Shown piece after piece: positions 11,492 through 25,178 of a stretch of DNA of 64,000 bases. Both the position numbers and the translations under genes were made by a program. Position 1 is the first letter of the stretch, and the number at the start of each line of letters is the position of its first letter. The DNA lies in NCBI GenBank assembly GCA_010093815.1, contig ML996574.1; one strand, written 5' to 3'. The notes beneath the pieces are model-generated. The model was not told the DNA's origin. It did no database searches and saw only the letters and a program-made list of their open reading frames with translations. This DNA is from Pseudovirgaria hyperparasitica. Its lineage: Eukaryota.

Positions 11492-13987
11492 CTACTTCGT
11501 GCTCGCACTAAACCTCGCGAGCGTAGCGCAGAAGTTACTCCGATTATCCTTATCCAGCGCCGCGCCCACACCATCCACAGTCACCATGTTAACACTCGCC
11601 TTCGTGCTTAGGCCAAACAGATGGACATTGCTCTGCGTGCCCTCCAGACTGACCATGTTAAGCTGGCAATCATTGCCCGGCACGCACGTCTGGCCGTAGT
11701 TTTCGAAGAAGCTGTACAGCCCGCCGCCGAAGAGCAGGACGTCCGACGAGTCGCGCACGCGCAGGCCCCAGGCCTTCTTACAACCTGGTGTGTCGTCCTT
11801 ACATGACGTTGCAAAATCGGGGTCGTTGATGGCGGACTGCACGGCGAAGGGCACGGTGGCGTCCGGGTTGCCCTGGAAGTACGGCGTCTCGGTCTGGATG
11901 GCGGACATGAAGACGTTCTTTGCGGCGGAGAGCTGGTAGTTGTAGAGTACGTTATGCTCGGACGCGGTGCCCCACCACCAACTCGCCCCCTCGCTCTCAA
12001 TGAGCACGCCGCGACCATTGAAGATGTCGATCTGGCTGAAGGGTGCGGAGTCGAGCTCGTGGTCGGAGACCCAGAACCAGGTGTTCTCGAGGTAGTAGTT
12101 TGCGGCGCCCTTTGCGCCGTGGAAAAGCAGACCTGCGCCCTGGCAGTCGGGGCGCACGCTGTCCGCGGTCCAGGCGGTGGTGTTGGACTTGAGACACTTG
12201 TCGAGTTGCAGGTTTGAGCCGGCGTAGCCGCCGACGCGCCAGTGGACGTCCCAGAGACCGGAGGCGCCTTGCTCGGATGCGAGATTCCATTGCATGAGGG
12301 TTGCGCCGGGAGCGGGGCCCTGGGTGCCGATGATCATGTCGCTCATTTCGAGAGATCCGGAGTCGCCGGCGTTGGCACCGACTTTGATCGCAGGGACAAG
12401 CTTGGATGCGTCCGCGAACTTTTCCCCTGTGACAAGGAGCATCGGCCAGAGCTCGCCAACGATACGAGTAGCTTTGTTGGACGGGATGGTGATGGTGTCG
12501 GAAATCAGGTAGGCGCCGTGGTCAACGTACAGAATCTGATCGTCGGCAAGATCGTTGAGTGCCTTTTGAATGGCCTGGGTGTCGTCAGACTTGCCATCGC
12601 CTTTAGCGACCGTTTTGATAGAGACAAATTTGTCGACAGGGACAGTTTCGTATTGAGGTTTGCTTCGAGTGAAAATCTTGCCATCCTTGAGGAGCTCAGC
12701 CGGCTTGCTTGGGGCAGGTGTAGTGTCTTGAATGCGATTTCCAGGGCTCATGTCTACATATTGCTGACCTTGGGCCCAAGAGTCGATCTTGGCGCTTCCT
12801 GCGAGGACTTGCTCCTGAGACGCACCCTGGACGGCAATAGGAGTGTTTGTCATGTCGACGTTGTTGAGAATAAGGGTGCCTCCAGTCGTGGGAGCACTGT
12901 CTTCCGAAAAGGAGCTATTTACGCCGATCTTTGCATTGATGGTAGAATCGAGCACAAGCACAGATCCGACGGTCTGGTTGACTCCACTTCCGGTCAAGGA
13001 GGGAGATCCATTAGCCATGTCAATGCCGATGTCAGCACCATTGATGGTCAGACCATGGAACGACCAGAGCCAGTTCCAGTTCATGAAGATGGCAGTCTTG
13101 CAATCATTGAATGTAGCATTCCTGACAGTGAATTGTTGCGACTGGAGACTTGTTAGCAGTGTATGCAAATGGTGCCATGTAATAGAGACTTACGCCGAGA
13201 AAAGCACCATAGGCACCTCCATTGAAGGTAAGATCGGTCATAAAACCACCAGATCCGTTATCCATGAAGATGCCTTTCTGTGCATTGTTGTCCCCACCCT
13301 TTACCATCTCGAAGCGGATATTCTGGAGAGACGTGGCTTGGGCGACCTGCCAGTGAATACCAGCGCCAATGTTTGGTGGTTGAGCGGTAGTATCAATGAC
13401 AAAGTTGCGCACCTGGCGGAAAAAGTTGTTCTGGTTGGTGAACCAGTTGGCGCCATCTGGCTCATAGGGATCCGCATCGATAATGGCCATGTCATTGAAA
13501 TCAGGTGTAGCCTTAAGGACAGGAAGCGAGGTGATTTCCCCGATCATCTGAGTGTAGTAATGCTGCTTGAGGGACTTGGAGACTAGGTATGTGCCTGAAG
13601 GAAAGTATATGATTGCAGGCTGAGTTGTTCTGGAATCGCAACCAAGGCCACAGCGTTCCTGACCCGGGATGGCTTCAGAGATGGCCCTGTTGATTGCGGC
13701 TGCGTCATCCGTGATGCCATCGCCTTTTGCACCATAGTCCTAAGCGCTGATTAGTCTTGTAAAGTTTGACATTGAGCTGTGTCACATACCATGACATTGC
13801 GGAAGACTTTGTATCCCTGATCAGTACCAAAGGCTGGAGCGCCATTACGAGCAATGTTTGCGAGCCACCAGGCTGACTTAGCTGTCTCTGCAGTCTGTGG
13901 AACAGGGGTGGCAACGACGGGATTGTTTGCAGAGAGGAACATAAGAGCGTTTAACGCGTACAACGCGCAAGAGGCAAAAGCGACCAT
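11492..13987 (-). CDS. Secreted GH55 exo-beta-1,3-glucanase; introns 13740-13789 and 13142-13193
   Basis: Signal peptide; YKVFRNV.DYGAKGDG.TDD, NQNNFFRQVRNFVID, IHWQVAQATSLQN, second AKGDGKSDDT repeat, WGTASEHNVLYNYQ, IQTETPYFQ. Confidence 0.92.
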
Positions 13988-16038
13988 GATGAGAAGAAAT
14001 CCGAATCGAGAATCTGAAAATTTTGAAGGCTTTGGGGATTTCCGCAAAGTCTGTAGGTGTAAATGATGAACGTCAGTGTCCTGCACTACGTTGTCGAATC
14101 TTATATAGTAGAAAAAGGGAAAGGGCGAGAATGAAAGCCGTTTAATGATGCAGAAGAGAGAGCGTGATGGTGCTGATATAGTAGTCTACGACTTTTACAG
14201 GAGAGACAGGTGACAATAGGTCATAGACAGCGTGTCTGAATAGGAAAATTTCACAATGAGAGTGGATAAGTGGGTAATGCGATCCACGGACAGTGATGTC
14301 ACGGGATATGAACAAGGGAGCGGGAAGAAGTGAAGGAGAAAGAAGGAGAATAGGCAACTCCGGGAATGAGCCAGCACACAGAACAAGACGAGCGTGTAGA
14401 TAGAAAAGAATGTGGCAGGAAGATATGATAGTAGATATACAAGAAATGTATCGTGGCCGGCAGATGAAGCACCGATCCGGGACCAGCGGCTGTGGCTTAA
14501 GGGGGCCCAACAGTTCATCAACACACCCCGGACCAACGAGAGAGGACGTACATAGAAGAGTGTTTGCCCACCCGGTTTCAGATCTTCATCTGACAGCGAT
14601 AACCTCGTGGGTACGTGTTTGATCGAGGTCGCGATCGAGGTTGGCAGGGATTTGGCAAGGCTGGTGGTGATGGTTGTTGACCATTGTTGACGGCCCTGCC
14701 ACATCGCATTTATATCAAGTTTCCCATCCCGCGAAGCGTCTGTCTTCAGGAATGCATCGTGGTGTGGACCATCTGTCCCTGGATGGATAGCGTCCTCTCC
14801 AGACATTCTGGTGTTGCTTTGTGTATAGACCTGAGGAACATAACCTTCCCCATGCGATTCAGTAGAGCGTGCACTGCTACCTCAAGTCGTCCACACGGAC
14901 CAGGAACACTCAGCAGGGATAGCCTCAAAATACACTGAAGGAGTGCAAGATTAGTCTCGACGACAGGTATAGCAGGTCAATAGGCGGCTTGAAACACGGC
15001 CTCTGCCTCAATAGCAGTGCCGAGAAGTGAATGGAGAGGTTCCATTAGACATGAGGATGCCGCCAAGCTTTCTGTGAGCCCTAGAACCGGGCGCCACAAC
15101 CCCTTGCCGCACCCGCTAGCGTGTTTCGCTCCAGCCCGCACCACGCCTTTTCACTGGCCCCTTTTGCCTTAACCTTGTTGCGAACCTAATCTTGCGTAGT
15201 TCTCTCTTGTCCAGCAATCACTTGAGAGAGTTGCCTGCCGGAGACGGCATCTCCAAACGTGATCACCAGGGGGGCGGCAGAATGATGCCCTATGTAAGCG
15301 CGTGTGCTACGACGCCTACGACAGGCACTGCCAGGCGCCACGATCCAGTGCCCCAGCGCATACGGACAGAGTGCCACAGGCGTTGATCGCCATCGTACCT
15401 AAGGCGCGTCTCTTCACTCCGAATGCGTGTGGAATCCGTACAACTCATTGCGCAGTTCATCGAGATATGAGATATGAATCGACTGTGGCTGGCCAGCCAT
15501 GTCAACCACCTAGATTGTTTTCTCTTGAGCACTACGCCCCACGGTGACGTATCACATCAACTTCAGCACCGTACAACATGACATGTTCAGGGCGGTTAGT
15601 AGTCTGTTCGAATCGATCGTTTTCGTCTCCACCAATGCACGCACTGCCCCGCCGTGTGCTGGAAACATCTCCACTCAACCTTAAAAAAGGGGCCAAGGGT
15701 CACATCATCTGCGATATACCAGGTACACGCATGCTTCGACAAGGCCGTGGCGTTGCTTCGGGTAAGAAGGTTGCGGAACGTGGAGTGAAGAATGTGACAG
15801 CGCCAGGAATGTTGCCTGTACGAGTTATTATTGCCTAGTTCGTGCAAAGTTGGGGTCGCGAATTGATTAAGGGTCTGATAGCGTTGCCTTCAAGACATGG
15901 CTCTCTGTTGGGAATTAAGGCTTTGACAGCCTTGACAGGTCACCACGAGGCAACGTAGATCTGGGGAGGTCAGGGATAGCAAGACCCTTTCATTTCCTCA
16001 CATGTTGAATGCATTCGACATACCCTGTAGATTGATAC

Positions 16039-17643
16039 TCACCAGAAGCTGCTCGTCGGCTTCTTACTGCTACTCTGCTCATCAGTTGTGCTCGTTGCCG
16101 AACTGGCATTCCCCCCCTTCAGCATCCCTCTAATTACAGTCGCCAACCTCTCAATACCCTCGCGCAACCTGTCCTCGTCCTCCCACGCAAAGCAAAGCCG
16201 GATATCATTCGAGAAGTCGGCGTTCTGCGTATCGCCTGGCACCTCAAATAGTCTACCGCCAGCCACAACCAGATTCTCCTCTTCCGTCGCCCGTTTCACC
16301 AGCTCATCACTGTCGAGTTTGTGCGGTAGGGTCAGCCAGATGAAGTACCCGCCAACGACCTCACGATCCGTCTGCGGCAGCGCGACGCCGAGTGGCAGTA
16401 GGTAAGTCTGGATTGCGGCGAGCATGGTGCGGTATCGGCGTGAATAGGCCGGTTGCAAGACGTCTAGGATGTACGTCTGCAACGCGCCCGTCTCAAGCAT
16501 ATCTGAGACAAACGTCGACGTCAACTGCGATGGCGCACCACCCGACCGCGACGTCCCCCTAACAGCCAAGTCAGCACACATACAAGTTCATAACCACAAG
16601 CCTAGCCAGACCAAACAAAGGCAAGGAACAAAACAACCTACGCCTGGCTCACACCAAAGCTGAACTTCGCCGTCCCCTCAACCCAGCCCGTCCGCAAGCC
16701 TGGCCCGGCGATCTTGCTGAAACTCCCATTACTCGCCGCATTCCCGAACCCGTCTGCGCCTTCACGCTCGGCGCCGCCAGCCAGATACCTGTCAACATCC
16801 ACAATCCGCGGCAGCACGGCGGTAGGAAGCGGTCGTTGCGCCGACGCCTCAACATCGTTCGGCCACTGCAAGACATCGTACACATCGTCGGTGACAACGA
16901 GGGCGTCAAACTCGCGCGCCACACGGACGAGTGCTTCGCGGCGACGCAGCGACATGGTCTTGAAGGACGGATTCGAAAACGTCGGCACGGCGTAGATGAT
17001 ATGGCGATATATCTTGCCCCAGGGGCGCGGCGGCTTGAATTGCTGCGCACACGAACAGTCAGGCAACCGTGTGTGTGATCCGGAGGGGATAAGGGGGACA
17101 GGACAGGCCACGTACAGGGTCACCAGCAGCAGAGTCGCCGTCCAGCTCGCTCTTCTGCAACTCTCGCCGCAGGAAGTCGATGTCTATGCCCTCCTCATCC
17201 TCCGGCACGGCGCGCAGCTTGCTCTTTAGTCCTGCGTCTTCAAAGACGCGGAACACGAGCATATACGTGGGCGCAACGCACCACACATTTCTCGTATACG
17301 AGGGGTCAGTATACACGCTCAGGATACAGCCCATGTTCTGCGATGCACCGCCCGTGATGGCGATTCTATCTGCACTCATGATGCTGCTCCCGCTGCCTCC
17401 GCCTGCCGTGGAGTGGTAGAAGCCCGTGAGCCATTTTGCAATGTTGTCGCGCAGGCCCTGGAAACCGGCATCGGTGCCGTACAGCATGCCAGGTACTGAC
17501 ACGACCGGGTTGGAGAGTACATTCTGTGTCGCAGTTTGGAGGAGTTTGGTTGGGAGGAGTGATGGGTGAGGCCAGCCGCGGAGGAGGTTGATTAGTGGTT
17601 TCTTGGATGTCGCGCTTCCGGCGACGTCGGAGAAATTTGACAT
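16039..17643 (-). CDS. PLP-dependent aminotransferase class I/II (YER152C-like), two introns (about 17043-17116 and 16560-16641)
   Basis: INLLRGWP, ITGGASQN, APTY, YAVPTFSNPS, TDDVYD, SNGSFSKIAGPGLRTGW (PLP lysine), GGYFIW, IRLCFAW. The start could also be the ATG at 17667. Confidence 0.88.
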
Positions 17644-19477
17644 TGCTATCTTTAGAGATGCTCGCATCAGGTTAAATAGACCAGTCGTTTGTCAAAGACT
17701 ACTCTCCCATCATGCCGCAGTTCTGTGGGCTCTAGCAGAACTGGAGATGTTGTAACGAGAAGCCAAAGGCGTTATCCGGATCCATAGCTAGGTGGGGCAC
17801 TCGACCTCGACGAATTTATACGAGATACCCACATGGCTTCGAAAAGCGAAGCACAGCTTGTAAATTACTAAAAACTATCTACGGCCTTCGACGAATCAGT
17901 CGTGAATAGTTTCACATTCTACGAGACCTCCGAGGAAGCCTTACTTTAGATAATCTTAGTTTGACAACGGATCTATTTCTACTTTCGACAACCTCCTCCT
18001 TCCAAGGAAGCATCTAAAATGATGAACATCAAGTAGAACTTATCGCATCGTATGAAATGCAAAACCATAGCTAGTACGCGCCTAACGCTAAGCGTTATAA
18101 TCTTATACACATAGTTTATCCCGTTACTAGCACTCGGCCTGCAAGAAGTCAGGACTAGTAAGATCTGGCGAAAGAAAACAGCCTCGTCACTCCTCATAAT
18201 CCCAAATAATGGTATCAAATAAGTATTTGAAAGCCTTGTACAGATAGATAATCAAATCCAACACTATCCATTAGTGAGGAAATGTGCTGCCTCAGGCATT
18301 AACGATACGATGGTAAGGCACTCAGGCCCACTCATTGCACAATAATTCCAAGGCCATATTCGTCCATATCACTACCATTCCTAATTATATCCCAGCGCAG
18401 TCCATCCATTCTCATCCATTCTCTCAGTTCCAAGTAAGTCACAACCCACAACCCTCTGCCGGAGCAATCTACCTACCCACATCATCATACGTCATCCCTC
18501 GCGTGCCACCTAGTATCCCACCAAGAAGTGGACCCAGTGGAGCCCCAACCGCCGGGCCACACCACAACCACCCACCAACCCTCGCGTGCAAGCGAAGTGG
18601 AAAGTGGAGAATGGAGTGGAGTGTTTTTCGTAGCATTTAATGGAAAACCAAGTCCGAAAGGCTCTATAGTGTCCCAGGTCGGATATGCCGGCAGGCAGCA
18701 CGGTTGGATTCATGACAAGCATGACCGGCAAGACTGGCAAGGCAAGATAAGGCTGGGAGAAGGCGACTACATGGCACGGAAAAGGGGACCCGGTCGTTGG
18801 CATGGAAAACCTAACATCGATGGATGGATAGGTGGCATGACGACGTACGTCATTTTGCCCGCTAGTGAAACAAGGCACGATGGATAGACAAGGCATGCGT
18901 TTCGAGAGACGTTTGGTTGTAGAGCCTAGTAGATTCATCAGGGGCATGTTGATGATGCATGCGTCGTATCTAACATCCCAACGTATGCGCAAGTATATAC
19001 ATACACCGTGGTCTATAATGTATACATTCTAGCGTCACGTGCTGTGCCGCCGAGCGTCGTGTCAGGCCGCGATGTGCAGCCCAAGATGCAAGCCAAAAAG
19101 CATGATTGAACAAGAAAGTAAAGTTTTGCTCGCCCTCGCCTTGCCAAAAAAGGCCCCGACATCTTCCGACTGGCTCTGGCATGATTGAGCGAGATGCATG
19201 CCGCGCCGTTTCACCACTGCTGACAGGGTGCGGATATGCAAGGCGGGACAGGGCACAAAGACATTCTGGTCCCGTTGGGGTGCAAGTGTGCATCGTATTG
19301 GGTACGCCGGCCAGCCCAACAATGCACGCGATAAAGAAGAACTCAGAAAGACCGCCTGAAATGCTGACAGAACGCCTGTGTAAATGCTTAAGTCGTGGCA
19401 TGATTCTGGAATGTAGAAAAAACGTTGTTGCGATGGGTCGTGATTGTGGTACTAAAAGAAGTTCTGTGGCCGTTCAA

Positions 19478-20095
19478 TCATCGCGACACAGCCATGTTCG
19501 AATTTTTAATTGCCAGAGTTAGGTCTTCTGCGGTGAACGATTGGCTGTGACCACTGCTCATGGCGGCGTCGGATTGGTCGCGAGAGTCTGGAACCGTGGA
19601 AGCCATGTCAGATGTCGAGTGGTTAGGGTAGTCTCTTGAATGGCGTCTTGACAGACCTTTGGCGCATATTGTTAGATCCTCAGAAACAGTGATACATAAC
19701 GAACATAACTCACCATTGGAGACATCGCCCTCATCGTCCGATCCCTCATTGACGTTGGCATCCATACGCATCTCAGAGAAGCTTCTTCGAGGCGTCCTCG
19801 TGAAGTTGTGGCTATTCCGCCGACTTGGCATGCGGCTACCCATGGGGCTGTAGAGGCTTGTTTGACTCTTCCTTTTCCAGGCTGTCGCAAAGTTGAACGC
19901 TTCTAGCCTCTCCTTGTGTTCTTTGGCTACCGGTCGCCGGTATTTTGGCGTTGGCATCTTCTCGCCTGGCTGATAGAACAGATGGGCTGGGTACGCGGAA
20001 GTAGCTTGTGATTTCGAGAGTGATGAGTCCGAAGATTGAGACGACGAATTCGAAGAGCGGTGGAAGACACGCTTGATGCTTTTCCGGATCTGCAT
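19478..20095 (-). CDS. Conserved-looking fungal hypothetical protein; probable in-frame intron 19657-19713
   Basis: MQIRKSIKRVF...YQPGEKMPTPKYRRPVAKEHKERLEAFNF...SLYSPMGSRMPSRRNS; GTGAGT...CTAAC...AAG intron. Confidence 0.7.
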   Translation of the reverse strand: MQIRKSIKRVFHRSSNSSSQSSDSSLSKSQATSAYPAHLFYQPGEKMPTPKYRRPVAKEHKERLEAFNFATAWKRKSQTSLYSPMGSRMPSRRNSHNFTRTPRRSFSEMRMDANVNEGSDDEGDVSNGELCSLCITVSEDLTICAKGLSRRHSRDYPNHSTSDMASTVPDSRDQSDAAMSSGHSQSFTAEDLTLAIKNSNMAVSR

Positions 20096-21434
20096 TGTGG
20101 ATATGACGGGTGAGAAGTTGTTGTGGGTGGTGATATTAGTTGAGACGTGCAATTATAGGGAGGTGATGTGGAGGGCAGTTAGGTGTGTAAAGAAGTGTGT
20201 TGCGACTTTGAAGGCGTATTGTACATCGATATCGAATGGCCGTGTATGTAGATTGGTTGTGAAAGGATCGAATTGGGCAGAAGATGAATACAAGGAGCGC
20301 AGCGTTCCGTTAAATCGCTCGCGCGTGGCAGTCAAGCAGACCACAGTCTAAGAGTAACCTTTCGCAAGGGTGTGTCCGTGTCGTTGCAGAAAGTCAGCCT
20401 CAACGTGGGTCTTCCGGATGCTCCGAGTGTTCCAGCGACAGCCAACCACACCCGATTCTAGGCCACTCAGACCCAGAAAATTCCTTCTCGCGTCCATTCA
20501 GAATCGTCCATCGATCTCTGCGCTGTTTGACTGACTCTCCCCAGAATCTCAAGGACTTAGCATGTCATCTCCGCAGCTGTGGAGGCCCCATACTTAGCTG
20601 CACCGCCCAATAACTTTCCAGCAACGAGTGTTGCAGCGCATCTGCAATCGAATTTTGCGGCGTTCCTGTCTTCATATCAGTGAGGCTTACTTTGACGATT
20701 GAGATATTCCAGGCTGATCACCGATACAATCGAATTGAGTTTGCAAGGATCCCTTGATACGACAGTCAATCGGCCGAGGCCACCATACCTGCCCTCGAGA
20801 AATGCCACACTGTGTCCAGACTCCACCGGGAGGAGAATGAGGATGGTATGGGTAAAGAACCTGCCAGTGGCTAGATGCTATTGGTTGGCTCATGACTCCA
20901 GGAACGGCCCATTAGCCTTTTTCTGCATCGCGTTCTAGAAAGGCTAGTGGTCCGATAGAAAGCTTGGTGCCATTTGCAGCTTGCTCTTCGGACACACCGA
21001 GCGATGGATTGTCGTGGAATGTGGAGTTGTGGAGTGTGGAGAGGCGAGGTCGGTCTGGGGAGAGTTTATTCAGAAGGTCGAGGAATTTAGTTCAAAGTCG
21101 TGCAAACTTCAGGCTGGACTGGACTCTTTAAGCCTTCAGGGCTCTAGGGCTGTACGTGCAAGCTGACGAGGTGTTCCGTTGGTATGGAAAGGCCGTTTCG
21201 GCAGAAGCGGCAGACTCCGAGAGGACTCGGGCATGGATGCATGCATCCCTGGTGATCTGCATCGAAATTAATGTACTGCCACGGCGGTAATGGTATTCGT
21301 GATGACTACAGTAGGTATTCCATATCTATTTCCCATAATACAACATCGATTTAGTACACTTTTCTATTTCATTCCCTTCAATCTCTCCCAAATACACTGC
21401 GCGCTCGCCAATTAACGCTCGTAGAAGACTTCTT

Positions 21435-22940
21435 TCAACCAATGACTTGCAGCAAAATCTGGATCTGCTCCTTGACCGCGCTGATGCTCGTACCTCCCTT
21501 GGAATTCTTCAACTCCACGCTTCGCTGGTAGTCGAAACAGCCTGTCACGTCATCTCCAAATCGCTCATCCACGCTCTGTATCTGCTGCAGAGACAGCTCG
21601 TCCATAGGTTTCTTCTCATCCTCAGCAAGAGCCACCACCCGACCTGAGATATGATGTGCAGACCGGAATGGCACACCCTTACGGACTAGGTACTCGGCCA
21701 GGTCGGTCGCGAGCATGTCGGGACTGAGTGCTGCAAGCATCTTCTCAGGGTAGATGGTAAGGGTAGAGAGAACACCAGTCGCTATTTGGATGCTGTCGGA
21801 TACTGTCTTGATGCAATCAAACATAGGCTCGACGCTCTCTTGGAGGTCTTTGTTATAAGTAGACGGGAGGCCTTTTATGGTCATCATCAACCCGGTCATC
21901 TGTCCGAAAATACGGCCTGTCTTGCCGCGAATGAGCTCAAGAGAGTCACCTTCGAGAGAAAATGAGGTCAGTATGGTATGTGTGAGCAAACGTTCTGGTT
22001 GGCTTACAGTTCTTCTTTTGCGGCATGAGCGAACTGCCTGTAGAGTATGCATCGCTGAGCTTGACGAAACCAAACTCCGCAGTACTGTACACAATGAGGT
22101 CCTCACTCCACCTGCTGAGGTGTTGCATGAGCATAGCTGCCCACTGCATCGTCTCGACCACGAAATCTCGATCTGCGACTGCGCTCAAGCTGTTGTATAG
22201 GAGACCTTCAAATCCGAGTTCTTCTGCGATTGCGACTCTGTCGATCTGGAACGGGTTGCCAGCAAGAGCACCGCATCCTAAAGGAGACCGATTGACTCTC
22301 TTGATAACTTCCCTAAGCCTTTCAAGGTCTGTTGAGAATGACAAGCCATAAGACATCATCCAATGGCTCCATCGTACAGGCTGAGCCCTCTGTAGATGGG
22401 TGTAACCTGGCATGACATGCTCAACTTCGGCCTCTGCCCTACTACCAGTGACCTTGAGTAGCTCAATCAGGTGCTTCTCGAGGTCCCGCAGCTCATCACG
22501 GAGCCATAATCGCATATCAGTAGCAACCTGGTCATTACGCGACCGGCCAGTGTGCAGCTTCCCAGCAATGTCCTTGCCAATGATCTCTCCCAATCGACGC
22601 TCGTTTGCAGTATGTATATCCTCATCTGCACCTGGTATGATCTCGAACGTATCGTTCTCCCACTCTTTCAAAATCTCCAACAGCCCTTTCTCAATGACCG
22701 CGAACTCATCCTTGGTAAGAATGCCAGTGTTGGTATTTGCCCGGGCGTAAGCGATAGAGCCACGGATATCTTGGGCGTAGAAAGCACGGTCGTAGTATAT
22801 AGATTCGTTGTATTTAGTCATCAGAGGATCAAGGCCGCCTAAAACGATGCGTGAGTGAAACGACCTTGGTATGACTCTTCTTGGAGCTTACCCGTGAAGC
22901 GGCCTCCCCAGAGCTTGCTCTCGACCGGCTTGGAAGCCAT
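21435..22940 (-). CDS. ARG4: Argininosuccinate lyase; introns 22839-22891 and 21950-22007
   Basis: [68 protein letters not shown]. Confidence 0.96.
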
Positions 22941-23304
22941 TGAGCGCCAATGTAGAGGGTAAAATGGTAACAGGATATATTAAGGTCTAACAAGGAAGTA
23001 AAGAACTCAGAATGTGATGTAGAGGGTGTGACAAGCAATTACGGACTCTCGCGATAAGCTCGAAGTTTTTTTTATCATACCGCAGCGACGCAATAGGGTG
23101 GGGTGCGTGCAAGGAGCTCGGGGCTGGCTGGGACGCGAAAGAACTGCCTGGATTCGCTGGGGATGCCCACCAAGCTAATTAGCTCCCTCATATTTGACGA
23201 GCATTGGGCGTAAAGATTCATCATTCGACCTGTGAGATGCATTTACAAAACCATTATGCAATCGCCTTCTTGAAGGGACAACATTATGGCGTTATCTACC
23301 GTTT

Positions 23305-24113
23305 TCAGAATAAGAACAGTCTGTCCTTCGCATCTTTGACCACCCACTCCAGTCCTTCCTTGAGATTGAGACCCGTTATCGCGCTACATGCCATGATGTT
23401 CCAGGTATGGGTATGGATTGAGTCAAGTTGAAGGCTCTACAAGCAGATGTCAGCCATGTGGACAGCGTCTCATTGTACGGAGCTGCTCTGACCTCTCGCA
23501 CTTCATCCTCCGTCATGGCCCCTGGCACGTCGCTCTTGTTCTTAAAGACAAGTAGACTCGCGCCTGTCAATCTCTGCGCGCAGATGCGTTAGTCGAAGAA
23601 GATTGAACCGATGCCTTTGATGATATACTTCTTCCTGGAGCAGGCCTTTCAGTTCTGTTGCGCAATCCTCCATTCTTTCGCGATCCGTTGCATCCACCAC
23701 CCATATGAGCGTGTCTGTCTTTTCAAAATAGTTCTTCCAATATGTTCGCAGGGTCTTTTGGCCGCCGACGTCCCCTGAGCGTCTTGTCAAAGCTTGTTGG
23801 TTATCTGTCCCGGCTAGTCTTACATATGTTCAGTTTGTATCTGAGTGGTGTCAGTCACAGAGCTTATCGCAAGCTGTTCAGACTAACCCATCGTATTCGA
23901 TTGTCTTAATGATGAAGCCAAGCGTCGGACTGACCGTATTGACGTCTTCGTTCATTATTCTTTTGACGATCGTGGTTTTGCCCGCGTTGTCTAGGCCCCT
24001 TCGTTCTTCAAATTTAGTTACTTGGACGACGTTTCGCAAGGTCAGTTGTCTCACAGCATTAATATTCTCATCTCTTTGTCTTTCAGACGTGCTTTCCGTA
24101 GTATCGACAACAT
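23305..24113 (-). CDS. ARL2: ARF-like GTPase Arl2 (Alp41/Cin4), multi-intron
   Basis: [64 protein letters not shown], ending KDRLFLF-stop. Confidence 0.92.
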
Positions 24114-25178
24114 CGCATTGCTTGATCAATATGTCGACTTCGTAGAATGAAGTTTTAAGAGTAAAACTTGGTGCGCAATCAGATTCCTGATTGTGTGCTA
24201 CTCGTTAGGTCACGTCACGGGACTCTAGTCTCTCAGCATCCTCAGAAATGAACCTTGTTATCAGACGGTTATTGCATTGGTGTTGTTTCTTTTAAGACTT
24301 TCTTTTATCGTCGATGTACTTTTCATCAATAATATATATAATGCTTCAACTCGTCACGAATATGGAAACCTCAGCTATTGTCAGCGAACGTGTCTTTCTG
24401 TATTGGAGTAAGACCACCCGGCAGTAACCACCAAGTAAAATGGAGGTACCTAGTGTTTACTTTTTGCCTGCAATACGTTTTGAAACTTCCTGATCTACGG
24501 GCTTTTCACTGTTCTCTTCTTTGAGCCGAGTCTCCTACCGATATACAGGGCTACACTCTTCCATTTTACCTCCGTCCTTTACCGCACCAAAAATTCTGTT
24601 TGACTCATTGATGCAGACACCTCCTCCTCCTCCACCTGATATGGATGACGTCAGGGGTCAGCGTGGTCGAGGTGGAGATCGAGGTCGCGGTAAGGGGGGC
24701 GGACGCGGACGAGGACGCAGGCGCACTGGCATCGAACGAGAGTGTTTGCTGCGAACCGACAACACTGTTCACTGTTCACCGAAGACAGTTCCGATCGCAG
24801 TCGCCGAGCAAGTTTCAGCATCGTCATCAATCCAGCTCATACATGGTCAGGGTTTACTATCACAATCTCGAGAAAGTGGCACAGTCATAGAAAGTGGGGA
24901 ACAGCACGCACAATATAAGAAGATTGGTATTGAGACGGTATGTACCTGGCTCAACATGCGATGATCCTCTATTGAGAAGGAGGTGAATCAAGTCTATTGT
25001 CGCTTTGCATTCACCGCACACACCCCTTCGCTCACATCCCTTCCCAGCCACCCACATTCTATAAATCTCTTCGACTGCTTCAACTTCCAGTCTCTTCAAT
25101 TCTCATATCCACTTACCTTCTGACATCCATTGTCACAACCTACAGAGCAAACCGTCTCGTCGTCGACGTCGTTCCAAA

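Noticed and set aside
12242..13586. Long plus-strand ORFs (304 and 247 aa) over the GH55 gene; similar antisense ORFs over CPY, GNAT, MoaC and the phosphatase
   Set aside because: Antisense shadows of codon-biased genes with no recognisable motifs.
14142..15850. Several 60-200 aa ORFs upstream of the GH55 gene
   Set aside because: No motifs or codon bias, so probably promoter DNA. The track entry 14142..14510 is labelled + but its translation matches the minus strand.
18281..19400. Possible small spliced gene (ATG|GTAAG at about 18310 and GTAAGT at about 18434) and nearby ORFs
   Set aside because: Could not assemble a coherent reading frame with a recognisable product.
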